Notes under the pieces: model-generated
What the model was told of the DNA's origin: nothing
The model's input: only the letters and a program-made list of their open reading frames with translations
Database searches by the model: none
Shown here: positions 46,086 to 59,173 of the stretch, piece by piece
How the letters are laid out: each line of letters starts with the position of its first letter
How positions within the stretch are numbered: position 1 is the stretch's first letter
Assembly: GCA_965645245.1 (NCBI GenBank)
Contig: OZ287067.1
Location: 2,666,001 to 2,730,000, forward strand
Length of the DNA stretch: 64,000 bases
DNA from: Massalongia carnosa
Lineage: Eukaryota
Direction of reading: 5' to 3'
Translations under genes and position numbers: made by a program

Positions 46086-47744
46086 GGGAAGGTTTGGAGT
46101 CGACTACTAAGAGCCTAATAATTCTGCTGCGCAAAACCCAACTCTTTGGAGCTGGAGGACTCTCATTCTTCTCTCCTATAGCTAGTTATGCTGCGTGAGT
46201 AAGAGCATTCTGGGGCGTTCTATTGCAACGTGCATCCAACATGTAGGGTCACTTAATTTTCCAGAGGTCGATAGCAGAACACCAAAACAAAGCCCCTAAC
46301 CAGAACAACAGCAAGTACAATCCAGCTCCACGCAGATAAACCCACCAATTCCCGCTGCCGCCTCCAGCGCTGATGCACCTCAGAGAAGACCGAATCTATT
46401 TTTACGATACTCGCCCTAGCCCCAACAATCATCAAACCGAATCATCCTATTCTAATACCAACGGCGAACAAATTAAACTCTGGCTAGCAAAAACCCAATA
46501 CAGTCCCAGTCCCAATTCCTCAAAAACAAACATATCCCGCTCCTAACCCCAGCGAAACCATACCCAAGCACGCATCATCTTGAACCAGTCACAACACCAA
46601 TAGCACTCGACGCCGGCTTCATCATACATATATACATAGGTACCCAGTCCAATCCATTCCGCCAAGTAAGCCACCAACCGCCTACCGACCAAGCCGTAGG
46701 AATAAAGGAGCAAGCAATATTTCAGCTTGGTTTATGTATCTATGAGCTGCTAGAGATACATACCTAAAACACAGGGATAGATCGCATGTTACATTTATCA
46801 AATAAATATCATATCTTCCATCCATCATTTTATGTCCAAACCCCCCCTCCCTCCCTCCCTCCCTCCCTCATTTTCCAATACTTGCAACAACCCGTACCTT
46901 TCAAAGCTACATATATATCTCTGTCTGTCTGTCTATACGGGAAATGTGTGTTTTTAGCAGGACCTTTGGGCTGGGCGGCTTGGGAGATGGTAGTAGGTAG
47001 GTAGGAAGATGGTGAGGGAGGGTTTGGGGGGGGGTCGAAAGCTTTTTAGTTTTAGCTTTGAAAGTAAAAGTAGGGGAAGGAGAAGAAAAAAGGGAAAACC
47101 AAACATTCCACAATCGGGGAACAGAAAATGAATGGAAATTGTGTCTGACGAAGAAGAATCGAAGATGTCAATCACACGATAATCAACAATTTCTCTATTT
47201 TTAGTTCTCGTCTTCTACATACAATTCAATTTAATTCAATCGAATTCAAGTCATTACTCAATCGAAGGAGAGAAATATCTACAAGAGCAAATTAAATCAA
47301 GATTAGGGGATAATAAGGATAGATATTGCGTTGAGAGCGGGGATAAACAAAAAATGAAGGATTGAGATTAAGATAGTCAGATAGAAATAAGATCGAGTTT
47401 TTTTAAAAATTGAAAAGAACGAGTAGGGGGGGGGGAGAGAGAGCGATGAAGTCGAGGGTAGTCTCGTTGGTTATTCTAGATTTGGATTTTTTCTAAAGAG
47501 AAATGAATAGTCTTCATGCTGATTTTTGGATGAGCAATCAGAACTCTATAACTTAAATGTGTTCTCGCAAATAAGGTGAAAATCGACACTACGATCCGTC
47601 TGTCCCACAGCCATGCCGAAAGCTACCTTAACTACGCCAGACCATCTAGGGCGCTAGATTGTCTCCATGTTTGGACTATCCTTGGTCCTTGAATGGAGAA
47701 CAATTGATCCGTTGCCTTCGCCTGCCAAATGCGAACTTCTCATC

Positions 47745-48672
47745 TATCCTCATCGCTGGCATAGGTGGAATCGATACCGTCCAACGAATCAGTGATTATC
47801 CTGGCCCATGTCTTTCTAAGCCTGGTTTTATGCTAGGTTACTATTTTGCTGGAAAGGTCGAGAAGGTGGGTCCCAAGGTCTCTTGGTATAAGACGGGAGA
47901 CGTAGTGGCGAGAATGTATGTTTTTGGAGCCTACACAACACACATCATCCTGTCGGTTGCCAACGCCATCAAACTAAAAGTCGACGACGACATGATCAAA
48001 GCCACCGCGCTTCCGCTAAACTACATGATAGTATACGGCATATTGAAACGAAGCGAAGCGAAACTCGGCCCCCGGCCCTCAATCTTGATAGGCCAGCCTA
48101 GGTCGACGTCGGAACTGCTACGGCGCAGCTCGACAAGGCGTTCGTATTACCATGAACGGGACCTACTCGCCGACGAAATTCGACCGCGTCAAAGCTCTCA
48201 GGGTGATTTCCATCGACCGGAACGTCAAGGATCTAAAGGCCCGTATCCTCGAGCCGAATGACGGCAAAGGAGTCGATGTGCCCTTCAACGCTGTCGGTAA
48301 TGAGGCGAGCCTACAAGCCTGCCTTGCCGCCACCGGGCCGGTCACGTTGTCGCCATCAGCACTTTGTCCCTTATCGCGCCCGACGGCTCGGGACCGTTGG
48401 ATATGGGCCTCTATCCGTACGTCTCTCAATATACCCGCATGATATTTTTCTCCGTCACGCAGAACGAATACTACCCCACACGGGAGCTAGTCTTTGGCGA
48501 TTTCGCCGCCATCGTGGACAAGGTGCGGGAAGGCGCCTTGGACTCTTTATCGGCAAATTGTGGAGGCTCGACAGGTGATGTAGGTGTACAAGGCGCTGGC
48601 GTCGGGAAGGGGGGTGCTCGGGAAGTTAGTTTTGTCGTGGACGCCGATCTGGCGGCTGCGCATTGTCTATGA
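47745..48672 (+). pseudogene. Zinc-binding dehydrogenase / MDR (quinone or enoyl reductase-like) pseudogene
   Basis: GroES-like PGFMLGYYFAGKVEKVGPKV..GDVV, ALPLNYM, Rossmann-region VGTATAQL and GKGVDVPFNAVG, spread over at least three frames. Confidence 0.8.
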
Positions 48673-49199
48673 TTTCGCCCGACTCGTAGCCTTCAGAAGC
48701 CGGAAAAGTAACTGGCGACCCATCTCCCTTCGACATCATTCCTGGGCTAGCCTGGTGGGTTCAGTGACGTTTTGCAATGGGGGATGCGTACACCTTGTTT
48801 CGTTGGTTGTTGATATCCAGCAGAGTCCTGAGGATACGCTTTGTTTACAGCACCAAATAGAGTTTTGTTGTGCCGATATCCAAAGCAGGAAGATATCGAA
48901 GAGCGAGGATAAGCTCTCCTTGTCTTCTCTTTAACGTATATAAGCCCGCAGAAAGTGCATGGACGGAACGAGCCGGCGTGCTTCGGTGCAGCATCCAGAA
49001 GAAGAGTCATGGAACCCCGTTCGCCCGCAAGAGAAACTACGTTAATGCAGCTTATTGGTTAGAGATATTTTCCTCGGACTGTATGAGGTACAGTACCCCG
49101 TCATCGAACGTGGTCTTGAATGGACTCCAAGGACCGTATTCGAGATATAGATGAAGCTGTCACAGACCGGACCGGAGCAGATGGATAGAAGCATATTTG

Positions 49200-51134
49200 A
49201 TCGAGTTATTAGGTCGCGTTTTGCCATTTATTAAATCAGCTGGAAAGGCTTAAACGACTGGCCTAGCCCTTTGAAGACGGCAGGGAACGAAAGGTAGCTC
49301 ATGTCTGTGCAATCGATACAGCCAAAGCACAGGCTGCAAGAAAGACGCTGAGGCTTCCGAAAAGGGCGACGAACCAAAAGGGGTAGTACGTGTTCGAGTT
49401 CCTTTTGTCTCGCCAAAGAGCACGAAGCCCTTTGGGCTGTTGAGTGTCCATGAACGTTCGTAGCTCCCTTAAGCGATCCCCGTATATGGGGAACTGAGAG
49501 TACGAGATACGTTCGCTGACACCTTTCCCGGACTTCGACCATCGAAGTAAAAGATGATCTCGAATCTCGAAGCAGAACTTGTACAATGCAGATTTGTCCA
49601 TGAATCGGGACAATTCTGCGCCAGCCTCAAAGGATTCGTGAACTTCCTGTCCGAGTCCCAGGTGCCTAGTTCTGAATGGGCAAGAAGATTCATCCATTTG
49701 GGTGCCTTAAGCTTTTCGTATCTTTGGCGTGATTTCTTCTCAGTACTGTTTGACGTGAAGAAGATGGACCTGGTTGCTGAAATCCCGTACTCTCTTTGTT
49801 GACTTTCGCTAGCGTCAATTTGAGTGCATAAGTGACTGTTTTAAAGGTTATCATGCTTCTATCATAATTCTAGGTGTACTTACTTTTGAACAAGGACTGT
49901 GCGAGAGAAGGTTGGAACCAATAAATCTTTAATATGTTGGCAGTTGAGCTTGTTTCGAACTGCAAATGCTCGTCCCAGTAAGACACCCATTCAATTTTAA
50001 GATGGCCTAGGGTTTGCAAATCATTAAGATTGAAATCGTCAAGCCGAAAGAACGTATCTCTTCCTCTATCGAAATCTAAAATGCTCGGGCTCCCGCCTTA
50101 ATGCAGCCTCAACGTTGGACAGTGGCATGTTCCACATAACATCGATACTCTCTGACATTTCAAATCTTGGAGCGCTATGTTTAAAAAGCGTATTTATGAG
50201 GTAGAGTGCGTTCCGAATAAGCTGAAAATGTTCGCGTAGAATCACCGTATCAATAAAACCTTTCACAACGGGTTGATGAAGTATTCTTCGGCGATAACCA
50301 GGATATGAGAACATCCCCAATGGTTGGGCCCTGAGGATCTCGTCGACCGTCGGGGTCTGAAGCAAACGAGTTGCAACACCAAAGACATTCGGTCAAGACT
50401 TGAACCTGCATGACCGGCGTTATTCCAGGCGATCTGGGTAGTGGACGGTACAGTGTGTTCAATCGTAACCCTATCAGGCTAATCCATGGCGCAATGGAGT
50501 GGTAATCCCTCCGCATGTAGAGCTTCACTATGAGAAAGTTTGAGTGCGCCATAAGCGCATCGACAAGATCGAGTTGCAGGGCTTTAAGTTTCTCTTCACG
50601 ACAAGGCCATTGGAACAATCCAGAATCAACCCCAGACTTGGGTTCCCAAAGATGTTTCCAGCAGTCCTCAAGGTAAGCGCTCTTTTCATCGCGTCGCCAC
50701 TCCTCGCGGATAGATCTTCTGGCTTTATTTTCTATCTGAACGTCTGTATCTGACATGATGTCCACTATGTCTCTCCATGGCGCATGCTCCATGCGCGCTT
50801 CTCTGTTGCGTAAGAGCTGGGCAGGTTCGGTCTGACAAGTCGGAGGCCACTCATGATCTCGGGGTGCCGATGACTCCCCATCTCCACCAGGTTTTCCCCG
50901 GAAACTTTCGTGAAAAACTTCTATCCATAAGTTCATCAGCTGCTCTACCTTATGCCGAGGTACCTCAATATTAGAGTCATGCTTGACAACGTTTCCCTGC
51001 TCTTCAGCACTCTCTTGAAAAGGGCTCCTTGTATCCTCTTTTGCTGCAAGACCAGTTGAGTCAAGCAGATTCAACCGGCCCACTTCTCTGGAGGACGATT
51101 GCCGTCCCGAAGGTGAAGGAGTCCAGCGTCCCAA
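49200..51134 (-). pseudogene. Fungal hypothetical protein with C-terminal TM pair, frameshifted
   Basis: C-terminal block FPIYGDRLRELRTFMDTQQPKGLRALWRDKRNS..FWFVALFG and DLQTLGHLKIEWVSYWDEHL. Frame breaks at about 50365 and 50066. Confidence 0.6.
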
Positions 51135-51409
51135 TTCGATATTTCATCAATCATCGACGACAATACGTGGTTGAAGGCATGGTTAGATTTGAGCTTGCCT
51201 AAAGGCCAAACGCTGTATTAAATACATACCCTGCCCTTTCGTAGTTTAATTACATCTTACCTACCCAACAGATGTTACACACCGCACGAGTAATAGGAAT
51301 GGGACAATCTCGTGTTTTTAGTGTAATAGCGATTCATACTGTGTTGCATTCAGCCCATATATTTCGTTCCTAGGAAGCACTCCTTTCCATCAACGCACAA
51401 CCCGACCAC

Positions 51410-53058
51410 TCAATCGACCCTCGTCTTCCCATTCATGATCCCGCTCCCATATGTACTCTCCCTGTCAATTTCATGGACTCTCATGTCCACTCCGACCCAA
51501 AACCGCCTGCCCCGCCATACCACTTTCACCCCTCCAAAAACCGCCCAAAGCCACACCCAAAATGCCAGCCCTTCCCTTCCTACCCAACCTATCATCCATT
51601 CCCTTACTCGTCTTCTTCTTCTCCTTAGCAGGAACTCTGGTCCTTGTCCCTCCACTGTATAATACCCTTGCAGCCGTCTCCAAACAAGATAATCTAGGCT
51701 CATCCAGGCCAACACGCCTGATACCCATAGTATCAAGAATGCAACCCAAGTGGAAGGAACGCGAAGAGTTTGCGTAAAGAAGGGGTGGGTCGTGGCGCCA
51801 AAGGCAAAATACAGCGTACAAAGCATGGATTCAATCCCGGGTTCCACAAGAGTCGCCAGAGTGACCGTAAATTTGCGAACGCGAAGCCAACGAACACGGC
51901 GGGCAAGGTAATCGGATAAAGAGAGGTTGTAGGTTGGTTGGATGGCGAGGTCCGACGGAATTAGGCCATGGTTTCGCCACTTTGAAGCTATGCGGGGAGA
52001 TGAAAGATTGAGGTTCGCAGCATTGGTACTGCCATTGCTTGGGCCTAAGGAGGAAGAAGTTTTACCTTCACTTTCGGCTGAAAGAGCAATTGACTCTGGG
52101 ACAGGAGACCGCCAAAGTAGGTCTCCAATCAGATGGTCTTCGCAGATATTATCGGAGAAGGGATCGATCCCAGGCGAACGCAAAGGATTGTCTGCTGTCA
52201 AAGCATTGAGATGCGAGCGACGGAACATGTTTGATTTTCCCACGATGCATGGAGCAACAGCAACGGCGGAGATGGCGGTATAAAACTTTGCGTGGGATGT
52301 TGAAAGGAAGAGCTCCTCAAGCAGGCCGCCATAGTAAGAAAAGAAGGGCGGTCTACTTCGAGATCTTGTGCCATTAAGAGACTTGGAGGATGGAGAAGGA
52401 TGAATGTCGGATATGTCAACGACCAAGGGCAGCTGGTGCACGAATTTGTGTTTTATACCACGTCTGCGAGGTGCAAAACCGCAAAGGTGGTCCACCATAC
52501 GGCCTGCAACGCCGTGACTCACCCAGACATTACAGTCTATAATCCAGATGATATCTCCTTTTGCTTCTCGATATCCCCTGCTCATATTCCTAATCTTGGG
52601 GTTTGGCCCTAGATTTTGCACTTTGCCATTGCAACCCGAAAGGTTTGGGTCTTCTTCCTCAATCAAGATCCTGGCATCAAATGTCGTAAACTCCTGTAGT
52701 AGACGCACCAGAGTGGGATAGGCAGGATCATGGCGAGAGGAGATGCAGAGGTATACTGTCAGTTTTTCTTTTGGATATGTTTGACAAAAGGTGGCAGCCA
52801 GACACTCGAAGAGATAAGGCTCAAGACCTTTAACTGGCCGTAGAATGGTGACATGAGGGACGCCTGAGATGGGGAGGCTCGCGGATATTGATGGCGGCGG
52901 AATGGATGAATAGTAGCGTTTTCTAACTTGTCGTCAGGATGCTTTGTCAGTGACTCCAGAGTGTAGATCAATCGATACATTTGGACAACGCCAATGGCGC
53001 ATACGATTAGTATAAAGACATACCAAAGCATGCAGATCAGGGCCAGAACTTCCAACAT
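51410..53058 (-). CDS. Ceramide glucosyltransferase (glucosylceramide synthase, GT21)
   Basis: N-terminal TM, VTILRPVKGLEPYL, GPNPKIRNMSRGY, IIWIIDCN, CIVGKSNMFR, ICEDHLIG and the RxxRW motif ARRVRWLRVRK. One intron at about 52929-52979. Confidence 0.93.
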
Positions 53059-55936
53059 GATTGGCAAAGCGAAAACAAAAACATTATGAAGCAATATAAC
53101 CTGACATGACAAACACCATTGAGGCCTCGTGATGTAAGCTGTCAAACAAGAAGAGGAGGGACTAACGAGTACGCTTTACAGAAGCAGAACTCATTCAAAA
53201 AACTACCTTTGTGGGTGGGATAGTTTAACAGGCAAGGATAAGCGCGTCGCGTCACGTGATAATGTTTTAAATAGAGGACCGAAGAGTTGATCCTGTCCGA
53301 AATATGATTGTTTCTTCACGCTGTAGGTGCTATTGATCGAACAAAAAAAGGATCGCTGGTGGTGAGGCGATTACAGGCATGATTATACCAACTGATTCAT
53401 AATATCTCAATAATCTCACTACAAACGGGGTAGTAAACGGAGTAGGTACATACCTGTCGTCGTCATGACTTGTTATATTTTCGTTTCAATCCCGCTCAGT
53501 GCCCTCTCCATCGATATCATGAGTATATCGGCAAGCCGTGTGCTCTAGACTCGGTATCGAGGTCAGATCAAGCTTGTAATACAGAGTACTTGACACGTGT
53601 GGTTGTAACCTCTTGCGTTAACTCCTTCACTGCTCGTTGTATATTTCATAAACAATCAATCCTGCTTGCCTCGATATTTTGGTTGCTCTGAGTTGCTAAA
53701 TAAAATGGCAGCAAGACGTGCCCTACCTAATGGCAACAATGATAGCGAAGATATAACTGCTTGTGGATCCCTCAAGTATTATCGCTGGTCTCCTGGTCAT
53801 CCTTTAAGTTTTGACAGTCAAGCAAGAAGTTACAGATTGCTTCATTTGCCGTCATGCGAAAAAAATCACAAAAATGGCTCTCTCAATTCTTATGGGGATA
53901 TTATATGATTTTTGCGTTGCACGCATTCTTAACGCCTATTCACCTGAAATAATTGTGGTCTTCGTTCAATTGAGTCGCTCTTTTGTTTGCTATTCCTGAC
54001 GTTGTACCTATGCTAAATCTAGCTGCATCGTGGTCATGATCAGCGAAGGTAACCTACACGATAATGTCTGTCAGAACAATCCTGGATTAGCAATCACCAT
54101 CAAACCTAAAAATGGTGGAGAAGAGCGATAAGCGGGAAGAAAGAGAAAATCTAACTCGGAAAAGCACAACTACTTAATATCTCCCTCACACTGCTAATGT
54201 TTTTCTGTCCTTCCACGTTATGATACAATACGATGGATACCTGTGAAAGACAACCGGCAGTTTCACTCTACTCATCAACTTTTTTAAATAAAAAACCTCT
54301 CAATCGCAAGCTCAACTTTATTCCAAAGATCCAAATTATACTAGACTTATAGCTGGCCTTAGATAAGAAGAATCCTCTGACCCAACGAGGCGCCTTGTTG
54401 GATAGGCTTAAGATGCAACATGAAACGGAATAACCCAAAGCCGCCACGCAAAATCCCCAGACCGAATCCTATTTGTCGCTCACGGAGACGCCTGGAAACA
54501 GGCTAACCATCTAAGACGATGCTCACTAAAGTCTGAAATAAAATATGGAAAACCCAACCAAAGTCCTCTCTCTTCTCGCTCGCTATCCTCCCCACAGAAA
54601 CCTGCCCGCTTCCAAAACCCTCTGCCGCCCTCATCTCGCCCTGTCTCCAGTCCAAGATCTCACTCAACTTTCTACTTCGTCACCACTTCCTTCCAAACCG
54701 CGCAAGCTTCGCTAAGAAGCCCCTTCGCCTTTCCGCCTCCATTTCCGCACCACGCTTGGCCCCGATCTCCCTTGTTTTAACCCCTGCTCCTGTCTCCCGT
54801 CCCCGCATTCACTCGCTTCCGCTTTTCATAAGCGCAACTGAGTACCTTTAAATAAGGTTCTAAGCCAAGCAAAGAATCGAATGAAACCGCAAGAAAATGG
54901 AGCTGCTCTGCCGAATAACCTACCTACCATATTGTCTATCTAACACACAGAATATAAGGCACTAATTTTGGTATTGAACCATCCTCCTCCCCAGGGCATA
55001 ATCTCCTATTCTTTATTGAAGGTCGTCTAGGAATGGAGGATGAGAGCTATCCAATGCTGAACATCCTCCATACCTAGCACGCGGTTGACAAAAAAATCAC
55101 ACACCAAAATTTTTACCCCACCAAAAACCCTTCCACACCCATAATCAACAGTAATTATTCCATAAACATGCCTCCATCTAGGACTCCCATATTTGATTCT
55201 CGTGAGTGACAAAAGCATTATACTACTCCTGTTAAGGCCAAAGTTCAAGGAGCTGTCGAATTTTGCGAGAGAATGGGAATTTCTTACTATAAAGAGGATG
55301 GTTTTCGAACTTTCGACGTTTCGCGTGAACAAGGCTATGCTTTCTTACGCAACGACTCTGCCAGACGACTAGAAAACAATTCCGACGCAGAAGAGACTCG
55401 AGGTCGCAAATCCTTAATCACGCCTAAACAAATACGAGAAATGGAGCGAATTTTAGAGACTGAAGGCATTGAAGGTCGTGGGCTTACATGGAGTCAATTG
55501 GGGTATGAAATAGGCCTCGACTGCAGTGGTCGAATAATTCAACGCGCAATGGGTACGATGGATTATCACAAGTGTCTCTCATGTAGAAGAGGCTGGGTAA
55601 ACAATAAAACAGCCGCTCATCGAGTTGAATGGGCCCAAGTCATGCTGAACAGATATCCTGAGTCAGAAGACTGGCATAAAGTACGATTCAGCGATGAAGT
55701 TCATTACGGCTGGGGTCCCCAAGGCAAGCTTCGAATCATACGCAAACCCGGTCAAAGATACTGTCAGGACTGTATTCAGGAGGCCAATGAACCAGACGAA
55801 AGGGATAAAAACGTCATCATTGTTAGGCCTCAGTAGGCCACAATTTCAAATCAGATATTCATTTTTATCAGGTGCCGGGTAATGTCAATGGCAAAATGAG
55901 TCAAAATGAATGTTCAACTTCTACCAGCATTGCCTA

Positions 55937-57751
55937 ACGTATTTACTAGCCAATCGGGCCAGCTACCCATTCGGGCCACCCACCAAAACCAACACCAAAA
56001 TTTCAACTTTTTCGCCTTGCATCTTGTACCACACCACCATGGCCTCATCAAATGAAACCATCATTGATGTTAATAGTTCTGATACTAGAATGGAATTAGC
56101 TATCGCTGAGTTGAAAAGAAATCCTGCTATATCTCAGCGTCAATTAGCTAAGGAGTATAACGTGCCTAGATCTACCCTTCAAGCACGTATTCACGGTCGG
56201 AAATCAGCCAAAACCTATCATGAAGAGTCTCAACGATTATCAGTAATTGAGGAAAGGGCTCTGATTGGCTGGATAGAACAGATGACCGAGTGGGGCTGGC
56301 CCCCACGCATACAACATCTAGAAAGCATGGCAAAAAATCTTCTGAATGCGAAGGGCGATAGCGAGCCTTTGGGTCATTGTTGGTATCAGAATTTTTTAAA
56401 GAGACACCCTGATTTCAAGTGCAAACACAGTAGAAATCTGGATCAAGTCCGAAAAGATGCTGGAAACGTTGATATCATAAAAGACTGGTATCAATTATAC
56501 TCGACTACCCGAACGAAGTATGGAATAGCCGACGGAGATGTATACAACATGGATGAAAAAGGGTTTGCCATGGGCATCGCCGATAGCTCCAAAGTGTTAG
56601 TAAAAGTCACTGAAGCTGAAGCATTCAACGTCCATTCGGGTAATAGGGACTGGGTTTCAATGATTGAATGTGTTTCATCTTTGGGATCCGTTTTACCAGC
56701 TTATTTTATATTTCAAGGAGTTCGAGTACAGCAAGCCTGGCTAGGTCCTATCAAGGATAATAGGACCACCTTACAAGTCAGTCCCAATGGATGGACCACC
56801 AACGAAATAGCACTCCATTGGCTGAAAGAGGTGTTCGATTTGCATACTCGATACTCGACATACGCAGGGCGTTTATAGACTTCTTATACTCGATGGACAC
56901 GAAAGTCATGTATCTATCGATTTTATGACTTATTGCGAGCAACATAAAATCATACCGCTTTGTTTGCCCCCTCATTCAACTCATCTATTGCAACCTCTGG
57001 ATGTGGGCGTTTTTTCACCTCTAGCTAAGGCCTATAAAAAACGGGTAGCAAATCACTCTCGCTATGGGGCCGTCAACGTTTCGAAGATAGATTTTCTAAG
57101 TTATATTCAGGAGGCTAGAAAGGAGGCCATGACTATTATCAACATCAGCTCTGCATGGCGAGGTGCAGGTCTAGTACCACTCGATCCAAATTATGTTCTA
57201 GCTAAAGTATCGAGATCAAAACCTTTTCCGCGTGATATTAACGCTATCAGTACTCCGAAAACAATCAAGAAAATCAGAGAGACTAGTGAGACCCTTCTAC
57301 AAAATATAACTCCGTCTCTTCGAGGGCCTGTTGAACAGCTGAAAATCATAGCTCTTAATGCTATTGCTGATAAAACCATTCTAACACAGTCAAATCAGGA
57401 GCTTATTGATAAACAAAAGACTCGACGTACAAAGCAGTCTAGAAAGGGTTGTGAAAAGGCTAAGGTGCTGACTGTGGGTGCAGCACGTACAATGATGGAA
57501 GAAAAGGAGAAGGCGGCTGAGGCAATAGCCAATCAAAAGGCTAGATATCATGCCTTAAACGGAAAGGTAAAATTTGCGAAAATAGTATATAAAGAGATGG
57601 GTATGGATATTGATATTTTCATGTAATTATATTGGAAATAGATGATGATAAAATCATGTAATAATGGTTGTTAAGTTGATAAGATGATTTGGTCAAATTT
57701 TTGGTGGGGTGGCCCGACTGGGTAGCTGGCCCGTTTGGCTAGTAAATACGT
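55937..57751 (+). mobile_element. pogo/Fot1-like DNA transposon, complete; transposase 56039-57626 with one +1 frameshift at about 56873
   Basis: TIRs ACGTATTTACTAGCCAA..; TA TSD at 55935-55936 and 57752-57753. HTH_psq and CENP-B-like HTH; YNMDEKGF, LILDGHESH and LQPLDVG. Confidence 0.93.
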
Positions 57752-57837
57752 TAGCCGATAGATTAGATAAGATAAGATCTAATCTAATCGCATAGAGGCT
57801 CGGATAAACTATTATCATCTCGCTTAGCAGAGGTGAC

Positions 57838-59173
57838 CACGCGAGTGACAAAAAAAATTTTACTCACAAATTTTGACGCCACCAAACCATCGAATTTTGA
57901 CCCCTATTTGCATCGTGGCACCACACTATTATTATTGCTACTCCTACTACTATCAATAACCCGTCATCGCACCGTCACCATCTATCACCACTTGCAGCCG
58001 TTTCGGCATCTCAGCCACCTTGCTATTGATGAAATTTTGCGAAACCGTGGCCCACCCCTCATGAATCAGTCCTACCGTGGTGGCCTCATCCCAATGAGGG
58101 AATTTGCGAATATACTGCTTGGATGGCTGCCAGCAATTTTCAATAGGTGAGAGATCAGGAGACGAAGCACAGTTGAAATAGCTTTTCAACCCATTTTCTT
58201 CCTTCCATTTGCGTACGATATTGTTTTTACTAGTACCGTGCCCTGAATCACCATCTTCTTCCAGACAGAAATCATCACCTCTGTCAAGCCACGGCTTGAC
58301 GACGGGCTTCAAAATCTGATCAATATAGACCCTTTGACTCATCTTTCCATTAGTGTTGCCCGGAACGTCGTATAAACGAATGTCTGACTTGAAATTGTGG
58401 CCCACAGCAGCCCAAGCATGCTTTTTTTTCAAGTCTTTTTCAGTTGATTCGTTCGTTTCTTGAAGACAATCTTGACAGTATCGTTGACCCGGCTTGCGAA
58501 TGATGCGAATTTTCCCCTGAGGCCCATAGCTATAATGCACCTCATCGCTGAATCGTACAGAAAACCAGTCTTCATCATCAGGATATCTTTCTTTCATGAC
58601 GATAGCCCATTCAAAACGACATTTAGCCGTCGATTCGCTGACCCAGCCCTTTCTACATGCAATGCATTTCTGATAATTCATCGTACCCATAACTCTCTGA
58701 ATTGTACGACCACTGCACTCCAGTCCCACCTCGTAGCCCAATTGAACCTACGTTAACCCGAGAGCCTCCATGCCTTCTGTCTCCAAAATACGCTCCATCT
58801 CTCGTATGTGTCTCGGGGTCACAATTGAATGACGTCCACGTGTTTCAGGAACGTCGGCATTGTGTCTAGTACGACTGAAATTTTCTCTTGTCAACATTTT
58901 CCAGCCAGTTTGTTTTGAAGTGCCGAAAACACGAAAAACATCTTCTTTGAAATAAGGAATCTTCATCGCATCGCAAAACTCCACTGCACCCTGAATTTTG
59001 GCCCGTGTGGGGGTAGGATGATGGGTCTGAGCCTCATGCGACTCCAAAACAGGTGTGGTAGCTTTATTCATGGCTAAATGATGGTGTATAAAATGTGGTG
59101 GTTGAAAAGGGGTTAAAATTTGATGGTTTGGTGGGGTCAGAATTTGTGAGTAAAATTTTTTGTCACCCGCGTG
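57838..59173 (-). mobile_element. Tc1/mariner-superfamily (DD37E) element B, complete; transposase 57953-59071 with a single TGG>TAG nonsense codon at 58748
   Basis: About 66-bp imperfect TIRs starting CACGCG; 5-bp direct repeat GTGAC on both flanks (57833-57837 and 59174-59178). Motifs RFSDEVH, LEEDGDSGHG and PDLSPIENCW. Confidence 0.92.

Noticed and set aside
46600..47520. Low-complexity TAGG/CTGT/AT-rich tract resembling those at about 23.9-24.3 kb and 59.8-60.5 kb
   Set aside because: The similarity is limited to simple-sequence motifs; no shared termini, TSD or alignable body.
55078..55100. RSS-like look of the TIRs (CAC...ACAAAAA) suggesting a Transib/RAG element
   Set aside because: The spacing does not match a 12/23 RSS, and the encoded transposase has IS630/Tc1/mariner motifs, not RAG1-core motifs.
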